From Gammaproteobacteria bacterium (GTDB lineage Bacteria; Pseudomonadota; Gammaproteobacteria; Eutrophobiales; Eutrophobiaceae): 64,000 bases of DNA. Shown here piece after piece: positions 56,785 to 64,000 of this stretch. The translations under genes and the position numbers were made by a program. Position 1 is the stretch's first letter. Each line of letters starts with the position of its first letter. Location: positions 3,264,001 to 3,328,000 of the forward strand of contig OZ220696.1 in the NCBI GenBank assembly GCA_965116495.1. The letters run 5' to 3'. Below the pieces are notes generated by a model. That model was given only the letters and a program-made list of their open reading frames with translations, ran no database searches and had not been told where the DNA came from.

Positions 56785-58020
56785 ATGGCGGCGTCCGCCG
56801 ATCAGGTAAGGCAGGCAATGCCCTTCACCACCCGCTATCCTGAACTGGGTACGGGCCCGGTGGATGTCAGGCCGATGATTGACCCGGAGTTGTTCGAACT
56901 GGAACGGGAGCGTATCTTCGGGCAGGCCTGGCTCTACGTAGCCCGGGCTGAAGAACTGGCCGAACCCGGCGACTATAAACTGCGCCGCCTGGATGTGGCG
57001 AATACCTCCGTGATTATCGTCCGGGACAAAAGCGGCGAAATTCATGCCTTCCATAATATCTGTACCCATCGCGGCAACAAGCTCATCCCGGAGCAGGACG
57101 CGCAATCACTGGGACATACTTCTACGCATAGCCTGACCTGCCGATTTCATGCCTGGACCTTCAATACCGATGGTACATTGCGAGGGGTGGCCCGCCAGGA
57201 GAGTTTTGCCGGCCTGGACAAATCCTGCCTGGGACTGAAGCGGATACACTGCGCCGAGTGGGAAGGCTTCATCTTTATCAACCTTGCCGAACAGCCACGG
57301 CAGAACCTGGTGGAGTACCTGGACGGCATGGCGGACCACTTCGCCGGATATCCGTACCACGAAGCGACCTTGCGGTTCCGTTACTCAGCCGTGTTGAACT
57401 GCAACTGGAAAGTGGCCCTGTATGCCTTTTCGGAGGCATATCATGTCCCCACCATTCACAAGGGCACGTTTCCCAGCCTGGCCAAACTGGAACATACCGA
57501 GATCAAGTGTTTCGGACCACACAGCACGTCCGGTATTTATGTGCCCCCGGTACCCGGTCTGGAACCGACCCCGGTAACGGCAAACCTTGGCGGCCGGCTG
57601 AGGACTTCGGAACGGCACAGACCTCACCTTGAGTTGTTGCCGGAAAACATCAACCGGGACAAACGGGGTGACTTCCAGTTTGAATTCCCCGTATTCTTCC
57701 CCAATTTTTTACTGCACCTGGGCGCGGGGAACGGTTATCCGGGTATGGCCTTTTTTACCCACCAGTTCTGGCCCATCTCAGTAGACAGGACCCTGTGGGA
57801 AGGCACGAACTTTTTCAGGCCGCCGGAAACCGTCAGCGAACGGATTGCAATCGCGCATGTCAACGCGTTACACCGCAATGCCTGGCTGGAAGATACCTCG
57901 ACCATGGAAGATACCTACCAGGCCCTGGCTTCCGGCGTCCTGGAAGAAATGGTCTTGATGGATGAGGAACTGATGATCAGGAACACCCATAAACACTGGC
58001 ATGATTACATGGGTTTATGA
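56785..58020 (+). CDS. Rieske non-heme iron oxygenase alpha subunit (copy 2)
   Basis: CTH...CRFH, NWK, EAYHVPTIH, LEDTSTME. Confidence 0.93.
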   Translation: MAASADQVRQAMPFTTRYPELGTGPVDVRPMIDPELFELERERIFGQAWLYVARAEELAEPGDYKLRRLDVANTSVIIVRDKSGEIHAFHNICTHRGNKLIPEQDAQSLGHTSTHSLTCRFHAWTFNTDGTLRGVARQESFAGLDKSCLGLKRIHCAEWEGFIFINLAEQPRQNLVEYLDGMADHFAGYPYHEATLRFRYSAVLNCNWKVALYAFSEAYHVPTIHKGTFPSLAKLEHTEIKCFGPHSTSGIYVPPVPGLEPTPVTANLGGRLRTSERHRPHLELLPENINRDKRGDFQFEFPVFFPNFLLHLGAGNGYPGMAFFTHQFWPISVDRTLWEGTNFFRPPETVSERIAIAHVNALHRNAWLEDTSTMEDTYQALASGVLEEMVLMDEELMIRNTHKHWHDYMGL

Positions 58021-58367
58021 GAGCTGTGACGACGTTGCCTGAACAGTTTTCCGGTTTGGATCCGTTTGTGGGGGCCTGGGCCTTTCCTGCCGAACTGCAG
58101 CGTTCACAACAGCGCTGGAACGCGGGTCCTGATGACTACCAGGAATTCTATGAGGCTATGTTGCCGGTGCTGGACCAGGTCTTGGAGTACCTGGATCAAT
58201 TCAAGCCCGGGCAGGTCCCGGAACATGCATTGCCTCTTTATTACCTGGCCCTGGCGTTCGCCGAGGCCGCGCCCCATAACGAGTTGTACGAATGCAGCAA
58301 TACCGTCCCGAACAGTTTTGACGCCCACCGGTTTGTCGCCGCTCACGGCGAAAATATCGACCGATAG
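58017..58367 (+). CDS. Small helical protein coupled to the Rieske alpha gene (copy 2)
   Basis: LPEQFSGLDPFVGAWAFP...FYEAM...AEAAPHNELY...VPNSF...RFVAAHG. ATGA overlap. Confidence 0.8.
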   Translation: MRAVTTLPEQFSGLDPFVGAWAFPAELQRSQQRWNAGPDDYQEFYEAMLPVLDQVLEYLDQFKPGQVPEHALPLYYLALAFAEAAPHNELYECSNTVPNSFDAHRFVAAHGENIDR

Positions 58368-58375
58368 AACTCCAC

Positions 58376-58420
58376 CGTCATTCCCGCGCAAGCGGGAACC
58401 CAGGCTTTACGGGAATGACG
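58376..58420. repeat. Family A REP between convergent genes (possible terminator role)
   Basis: CGTCATTCCCGCGCAAGCGGGAACCCAG followed by CGGGAATGACG. Confidence 0.8.
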
Positions 58421-58431
58421 GGAAGCTGAGA

Positions 58432-58920
58432 CTACTCTTCGAAATTTCCGGCTATAGTGGCAAGGCCGCCATCGTAAATACCGCTGATGACTTCTTTGGC
58501 CTCGTCATCCGTTGCGCCCTCGGACATGAACGACGATGACCAGTTGATGGTTGTGCTCCCGGCATCTCCCACGGCCTCAAAAGTCGAACTGTAATCCTTG
58601 ACCGGTAACGGACCCTCAATGATCGTGTAGGAATACCCGGTAGCCGTAGCGCCATCATGCCTTTCCTTGATCTGTGCCCCGTCCCCCAGGGTGAGAATCC
58701 GGTAGGTGGTGCCGTCCTCATCGCTGATTTCGCAGGTTTCAACAGCCGGGTGCCAGACGCTGATGGCACAGAAATCGCCCGCATATCCCCAGACATCGTC
58801 AAGCCCGGCATTGATGGTCATCGATTTACTGACCTCAAGCATCGGGGCTGGCTGCTCGCTGCTGCAACCTGATAGAATCAACAGCATTGCTGCTGGTAGA
58901 ATAAGTTTGAATAGTTTCAT
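58432..58920 (-). CDS. SRPBCC (MxaD-like) lipoprotein
   Basis: Lipobox LSGC, VW...GDFCAISVWHPAV, RILTLGDG, GPLPVKDY. Confidence 0.8.
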   Translation of the reverse strand: MKLFKLILPAAMLLILSGCSSEQPAPMLEVSKSMTINAGLDDVWGYAGDFCAISVWHPAVETCEISDEDGTTYRILTLGDGAQIKERHDGATATGYSYTIIEGPLPVKDYSSTFEAVGDAGSTTINWSSSFMSEGATDDEAKEVISGIYDGGLATIAGNFEE

Positions 58921-59028
58921 GCTAAGCTCCTTTGTGTTATGGACTCAGGATATTTTTCCTGATTGCGGGATTATAGGGCAATACAATCAAGGATCATACA
59001 GGAAATTTCCCCGTTCCCGGTTGAAATA

Positions 59029-60321
59029 ATGACATCAGAATTACATCGTCTCAATCTTGCTGAAGCCGCCCGGGGCATTGCCGGCGGCGTGTTTACCCCG
59101 GTTGACCTGGTGACCGCCTGTCTTGAACGGATTCATGCAAGAGAGGACCGGGTCAAGGCCTGGGCCTGGCTTGACCCCGACCAGGCGCTGGCCCGGGCAC
59201 GCGCCTGTAATGGGCGGCCCGCAACAACGTCGTTGCACGGCATCCCCATCGGCATCAAGGATATTATCGATACGGCAGACATGCCGACCTGTTACGGGTC
59301 ACAGGTTTTTCAGGGACATTACCCCGCTGAAGACGCAGAGTGCATCCGCCTGTTGAAACAGGCAGGGGCGGTTATCATGGGGAAAACCGTGACCACTGAG
59401 TTTGCTTTTTATGCGCCGGGTAAAACCGCCAATCCCCATGCCCTGGACCACACGCCGGGCGGGTCTTCGAGCGGTTCCGCGGCAGCAGTGGCTGATTTTC
59501 ATGTGCCGCTTGCCCTGGGCACGCAAACTTCGGGTTCCATCATCCGGCCGGCAAGTTTTAACGGTGTTTTCGGCTGCAAGCCGACGTATAACTCTTATTC
59601 ACTCGGCGGCATCCATCCCCTGGCGCCGGAACTCGATACCCTGGGGGCGTTCAGCCGTGCGCCTTTTGACCTTGCCCTGTTGCATGGCGTGTTGGCGCAA
59701 CAGGAAACCAGGACGCCGGGCGCAGTACGGCCTGCTACGGTTGCCGTTGTCCGCACCCCGGCCTGGGATGACGCCGCTGCCGAGGTACAGGACAGTATGC
59801 TTGACTTCGCTGGACGGCTACGGCAGGCGGGCATTGACGTGGTTGAAGCGGATGAAGACCTGCTGAACGGCATGATGGAAGTACAGCAGGCATACCTTGC
59901 CCGCGGCGCCGCGGCCTCCCTGGGACATATTACGGATCGGCACCCGGACCAGGTGCGCCCGCAGACCCGGAACCTGGTTGTGGAGGGCCGCCGGGTGGAC
60001 AAGTCATTTGATGCCGGGCTGAATGACGCCCTGGCCAGGGGAGAGCGTTTCCTGTCAGGCGTTTTTTCCCGGGCAGACCTGGTCATAACCCCCGGTGCAC
60101 CGGGCGGCGCACCGGCGGGCCTGCACAATACCGGCAACCCCATGTTCAACAGGATCTGGACTTTTCTGCAGACCCCCTGTATGAATCTGCCGCTGACAAA
60201 AAGCGCTAACGGACTGCCCATCGGCATACAACTGGTGTGCAACAGGCAGGAAGATGAACGGTTATTTGCTTACTCGGCTTACCTGCAGAATTTAACCAGG
60301 TATGATATTGAACAACCTTGA
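59029..60321 (+). CDS. Amidase signature family enzyme
   Basis: LHGIPIGIKD, TPGGSSSGSAAAV, GTQTSGSIIRPA, GLPIGIQL. Confidence 0.93.
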   Translation: MTSELHRLNLAEAARGIAGGVFTPVDLVTACLERIHAREDRVKAWAWLDPDQALARARACNGRPATTSLHGIPIGIKDIIDTADMPTCYGSQVFQGHYPAEDAECIRLLKQAGAVIMGKTVTTEFAFYAPGKTANPHALDHTPGGSSSGSAAAVADFHVPLALGTQTSGSIIRPASFNGVFGCKPTYNSYSLGGIHPLAPELDTLGAFSRAPFDLALLHGVLAQQETRTPGAVRPATVAVVRTPAWDDAAAEVQDSMLDFAGRLRQAGIDVVEADEDLLNGMMEVQQAYLARGAAASLGHITDRHPDQVRPQTRNLVVEGRRVDKSFDAGLNDALARGERFLSGVFSRADLVITPGAPGGAPAGLHNTGNPMFNRIWTFLQTPCMNLPLTKSANGLPIGIQLVCNRQEDERLFAYSAYLQNLTRYDIEQP

Positions 60322-60333
60322 GGGAGAGTGATA

Positions 60334-61677
60334 ATGACAACCTTGAACACCAGAGACATTCCATTGAGCCGGGAACAACGGCAGTGGTACCAGGCTGCCT
60401 GCGATAAAATTGACCTGGCGCGCCTGAAGCAACTGATCTTCGACCTGACTGCCAAACACAGTCCCACCGGCGCCGAGCGGGAGGCCTGTGAATTCATGAC
60501 CGAGTACCTGAACAGCGTGGGGATCAGGGCGCATTATCAACCGATTACGGATATCTCGGGCAACTGTTACGGCCGGGTAAAAGGATCGGGCGATGGTCCC
60601 ACGCTGATGCTGTACGCCCCTGTCGACACACTGCTGGAAGGGGACCCGGAACAGGATTTGCCCCACGCCGGCCCGGAGCACCGGGCCGACATGCGGCCCG
60701 AGCCGTATATCGACGGCGACCTGGTCATCGGCCTGGGCGCCTCCAACCCGAAATCCATGGTCGCCCTGTTGACGGAGGCATTGACCTGTGTTGTGGAAGC
60801 GGAGGTGGAGTTGAAAGGCGATGTGGTCATCGCCACGGCAGGCGGGGGGATGCCCTGGATTGTTCCAGAACGCAACCACACGGGCATCAGCAACGGCGTG
60901 AACCACCTGCTGTCCCACGGCGTAACCGCGGATTTCGGCGTCATCTGCAAACCTTGGGATGATATTTATTATGAACACCCGGGCATGGTCTGGTTCAAGG
61001 TAACCGTCTGGGGGACCATGGGTTACGCCGGCATTCCCCGCGGGGTGCCGGGCTTCCGCAGCTCGATCATTCCCGCAGCAAAAGTTATCCTGGACCTGGA
61101 GGAATGGTTGATAGAGTACCCGGATAAACATACCAGCGACCAGGTAAAACCTGAAGGCTGGATTTCCGCGTTACGCTGCGGCTGGCCTGATAAACCCGCG
61201 TTTCCCGGCGCGGCGACTGAAATCTGGCTCGATGTGCGCACCAGTCCCCTGCAGAAGGCGGCCCAGGTTGAGCGGGAATTCGACCAGGTCATGAAAGCCA
61301 TCCTGGACAAACATCCTGAGGTGGAGGCGGAATGGGAGACCGTCGTGACCTGTGACGCAGCGTCGACCGACCCGGATCACTGGGTGGTGCAGTCTGCCCT
61401 GCGGGCCTGGCAGGAAGTGCACGGCAAACCGTATCCCGGCGCCCCGCACATGGCGGGACAGACAGATGCCGCAACCATCAACCGGACCGGTTTCCCCCTG
61501 GTGCGTATAGGCTATGCCTGGCTGAGTGAAGCCGATACACCGGCGGAATTTACCGAGGGTCTGGGCGGCATGGGTGTCATCCGGGTACCCGATTTGGAAA
61601 TTTCCATCAAGGAAGCGATCTATACTGTTATTGATTCCTGTACCCGGACGCGGGCGGAAGTCGGACTGACAGATTGA
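60334..61677 (+). CDS. M20/ArgE-fold protein without the canonical metal ligands
   Basis: Overall ArgE/DapE layout (SPTGAE, GSGDGPTLML, GLGAS.PK, LKGDV, DVRT, TDA) but ligand positions are replaced. Confidence 0.75.
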   Translation: MTTLNTRDIPLSREQRQWYQAACDKIDLARLKQLIFDLTAKHSPTGAEREACEFMTEYLNSVGIRAHYQPITDISGNCYGRVKGSGDGPTLMLYAPVDTLLEGDPEQDLPHAGPEHRADMRPEPYIDGDLVIGLGASNPKSMVALLTEALTCVVEAEVELKGDVVIATAGGGMPWIVPERNHTGISNGVNHLLSHGVTADFGVICKPWDDIYYEHPGMVWFKVTVWGTMGYAGIPRGVPGFRSSIIPAAKVILDLEEWLIEYPDKHTSDQVKPEGWISALRCGWPDKPAFPGAATEIWLDVRTSPLQKAAQVEREFDQVMKAILDKHPEVEAEWETVVTCDAASTDPDHWVVQSALRAWQEVHGKPYPGAPHMAGQTDAATINRTGFPLVRIGYAWLSEADTPAEFTEGLGGMGVIRVPDLEISIKEAIYTVIDSCTRTRAEVGLTD

Positions 61678-61702
61678 GAAACTGCTGCCGAGGAGGAGAC
61701 AA

Positions 61703-62140
61703 ATGCCATTAACCGACCTGCATCACGTGGCGTTGAGAACAAAGGACCTTACGGCCAGTGAACATTTCTACACGCAAGTGCTCGGTATGGAAAAAGTGGA
61801 CCGGCCGGATTTCGATTTCCCGGGCGCCTGGTTACAGATGGGGGAGACCATGTTTCACCTGATGGCCGGCTACGCAGCCCTGGGCCCGGACGGCGAAATT
61901 TCCCGCGGTAGCGGCGCCGTCGACCACCTGGCAATCAAGGCGCAGGGTTTTGATGAGATGCGTGATAAATTCGAAGGATCGGGTATCACGTACAAGGAAA
62001 ACAATATACCGGATTTCGCTATCTGGCAGCTGTTTGTCAACGACCCGGACGGCGTCATCATAGAATTGAATTTCCACTGCGCCGACGAACCGCAAGGGTC
62101 CCGGGGACCGGGACGCGCCACGCTGAGCAAGACCACCTGA
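61703..62140 (+). CDS. VOC/glyoxalase-family protein
   Basis: LHHVALRTKDL, FYTQVLG, RPDFDFPGAWL, DHLA, DPDGVIIELN. Confidence 0.9.
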   Translation: MPLTDLHHVALRTKDLTASEHFYTQVLGMEKVDRPDFDFPGAWLQMGETMFHLMAGYAALGPDGEISRGSGAVDHLAIKAQGFDEMRDKFEGSGITYKENNIPDFAIWQLFVNDPDGVIIELNFHCADEPQGSRGPGRATLSKTT

Positions 62141-62160
62141 CTCTGTTATCTGGGTGAACA

Positions 62161-62185
62161 GGGGACAGGTTTGAAATCTGTCCCC
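62161..62185. repeat. Family B palindrome between convergent genes
   Basis: GGGGACAGGTTTGAAATCTGTCCCC. Confidence 0.78.
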
Positions 62186-62190
62186 GGCTG

Positions 62191-62508
62191 TTATTCATCA
62201 ACAGTTATATAAATATACCCGTCTTCCCCCAGCCGGGTTTCGTACCTGTCCAGCGGTATCACGCAGGGGGGGTCGACGGGTTCTCCCGTCCTGATTTCGA
62301 ATGAGCCTTCGTGGTACGGGCAGACGACCTCGTCGCCCCTGATTTCACCGTCGGACAGGAACGCCTGGCCGTGGGTACATACATCACTGGTGGCAAAGTA
62401 TTTCCCTTCGAGGTTGTAGATGGCAACCGCGGTGTCGTCTTCCAGGTAGTGCTGCGTGACGGAGTTGGTCTCCAGTGCGTCATGCTTTATGGTTTTTACT
62501 TCAGGCAT
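62191..62508 (-). CDS. Rieske-type ferredoxin of oxygenase systems
   Basis: CTHGQAFLSDG...CPYHEGSFEIRTG. Confidence 0.92.
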   Translation of the reverse strand: MPEVKTIKHDALETNSVTQHYLEDDTAVAIYNLEGKYFATSDVCTHGQAFLSDGEIRGDEVVCPYHEGSFEIRTGEPVDPPCVIPLDRYETRLGEDGYIYITVDE

Positions 62509-62509
62509 A

Positions 62510-63136
62510 TCAGTTGGTATCGTAGGTTTCAAAGCGAAGTGGCGTAGGCTTATCGCCGTTCACCACCTCCGGCCAGGCACAGACCGACACCATCCAGGTC
62601 AGGTCCATTTCCGCCCTTAAATCAATATAATCCCCCGCCTTGGTAACAGGTCTGTCGATGAGCCACTCCCCCTCCTGGGAGTAGATCACCGTCATGAAGA
62701 TATTGAAACAGGCAACCGATTGCAGGTAGTTCGGGTCAATCCCGAGTTTGCGGTATTCTTCCTGGATCGTGTCGCGACAGCCGTTCTCATCCGAGCCCAG
62801 GTACAACCTGCGTGCGGCGTTGGAGCAGAAACCGCCACCGGTGTAATGGTTGGCGGTCCTGTCGCCGGCAATTGTCCACATGTCATTCATGAGGTTGCTG
62901 CGGATAGTATCCCCTTCCTGCCATTTGTAGCGGCCGTGATGCCAGCTGGTGTAGACGCAATCCTGGAATTCGTTGGGGTCGCCGGATTTTACGGCAACAA
63001 AATCCGCCACCTGCTGTCCTTCCACGTCGATAATCCTCAGGGTTTGTCCTTTCCTTATATGTCCATGGCCGCCATGATGCGCCTGGATAGTGGTTGTATC
63101 GATCAATTTGCCCGGAGTATCACTCATATCTGCCAC
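62510..63136 (-). CDS. DUF1989 / urea carboxylase-associated family protein
   Basis: KGQTLRIIDVEGQQVADF, GGFCS, GCRD, FNIFM, GDYIDLRAEMD, VSVC. Confidence 0.87.
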   Translation of the reverse strand: MADMSDTPGKLIDTTTIQAHHGGHGHIRKGQTLRIIDVEGQQVADFVAVKSGDPNEFQDCVYTSWHHGRYKWQEGDTIRSNLMNDMWTIAGDRTANHYTGGGFCSNAARRLYLGSDENGCRDTIQEEYRKLGIDPNYLQSVACFNIFMTVIYSQEGEWLIDRPVTKAGDYIDLRAEMDLTWMVSVCAWPEVVNGDKPTPLRFETYDTN

Positions 63137-63264
63137 CTATTATGCTCAATAATTATAACCAGGGTCCCTGTTCAGGTTAGTATGGGAACCTCTGGATTAA
63201 GACACACAGAGTTACCTATAATACCTGATCCGTTGTTTTCTGTGATCCCGATATTGGACTGGAC

Positions 63265-63708
63265 ATGATAATCGAAGGCGAACACAGGCTGCCCTGTGAA
63301 CTGGCAAGAGCATGGCAGGCCTTGAATGACCCCGGAGTACTGAAACTCTGTATCCCGGGTTGTGAAAGTATCGAAGCGGCAGGGGAAAACCGCTACGAGT
63401 GCCTGATAACGGCTAAGTACGGGCCGGTCAAGACAAGGTTTAAAACCGTCCTGGCGCTTACCAACATCGATGCGCCGTATTCCTACACGCTGGCCGGCGA
63501 GGGCAAGGGCGGCGTTGCCGGTTTCGGCAAGGGCAAGGCAGACGTTCAACTTGCACAGGACGGGGAGGATACGCTGCTGCGCTACCAGGCGGAGTTTTCC
63601 GTGGGCGGTAAACTCGCCCAGGTCGGGTCCAGGTTGATAGCATCAACGACGAAGAAGATGTCGAATGATTTCTTTTCCCGGTTTTCGGAAGAGATCAGCG
63701 GCGGGTAG
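63265..63708 (+). CDS. coxG: CoxG-family accessory protein
   Basis: WQALNDPGVLKLCIPGCE, GEGKGGVAGFGKG, VGGKLAQVGSRLI. Confidence 0.9.
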   Translation: MIIEGEHRLPCELARAWQALNDPGVLKLCIPGCESIEAAGENRYECLITAKYGPVKTRFKTVLALTNIDAPYSYTLAGEGKGGVAGFGKGKADVQLAQDGEDTLLRYQAEFSVGGKLAQVGSRLIASTTKKMSNDFFSRFSEEISGG

Positions 63709-63717
63709 ATACATATT

Positions 63718-63787
63718 GAATTTAAATAAACTTTTTATTTAAATTCCAGGATTCATTATTTATACTTTAATGTTCACTGTCCTGGAA
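63718..63787. promoter_or_regulatory. AT-rich region with inverted repeats (putative operators or terminator)
   Basis: GAATTTAAATAAA-CTT-TTTATTTAAATTC (63718-63746). TTCCAGGA...TCCTGGAA (63744-63787). Confidence 0.5.
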
Positions 63788-63809
63788 TATTAAACATGGG
63801 GGTTTTGGC

Positions 63810-64000
63810 ATGGGTAAGTTTAATGAAATCGCGCTGGACCTGATGAAACGCACCGCAGCTTACGTCCCGGATTTTGAGTTCGAGGGGGCGGATCCCGCTA
63901 CGGCTGCAAAACCCTGGCAAGCGTGGCTCAAGGCGGAACTGGGGTTTCGCAATCACTGGTACCCGACGGAGGCCAGCCGCAACATCAGGGATGGCGAGCA
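63810..64000 (+). CDS. 5' part of a CarAa/OxoO-like Rieske oxygenase (runs off the window)
   Basis: Not in the ORF track. Translates as MGKFNEIALDLMKR...KPWQAWLKAELGFRNHWYP...IRDGE, matching the recalled carbazole dioxygenase N-terminal motif 'AKLGFRNHWYP'. Confidence 0.75.
   Translation, partial: MGKFNEIALDLMKRTAAYVPDFEFEGADPATAAKPWQAWLKAELGFRNHWYPTEASRNIRDGE

Overview
A GC-rich bacterial window, probably proteobacterial (TonB-dependent receptor, Tat and Sec exports), dominated by catabolic genes. It holds four xanthine-oxidase-family molybdo-hydroxylase large subunits in three clusters, none with the form I CO dehydrogenase motif. It also has a NicF-like amidohydrolase, a TcuA-like flavoprotein, an MhpC/BphD-like hydrolase, two paralogous Rieske oxygenase alpha genes each coupled to a small unknown partner, a Rieske ferredoxin, several amidase/formamidase/cyclase/NTF2-fold genes, and the start of a CarAa/OxoO-like oxygenase at the right edge. 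This points to N-heteroaromatic/amide catabolism (inference). Core-like genes are mtnA, phnW, korAB, yceI/yceJ and transporters. Mobile or selfish DNA: an IS1634 element that recently split ltaE, an intact VapB11/VapC11-like pair, a frameshifted RelE/HigB toxin with intact antitoxin, an orphan HicB, and three families of REP-like palindromes. The most unusual observations are: REP palindromes translated inside proteins (one in the linker fusing a CoxM and a CoxS subunit, one in the Tat leader of an IorB-like subunit); a degenerate tRNA-Arg-like element 35 bp downstream of the VapC toxin; and three intact enzymes with replaced catalytic residues. All family calls are from recalled motifs, not database searches.
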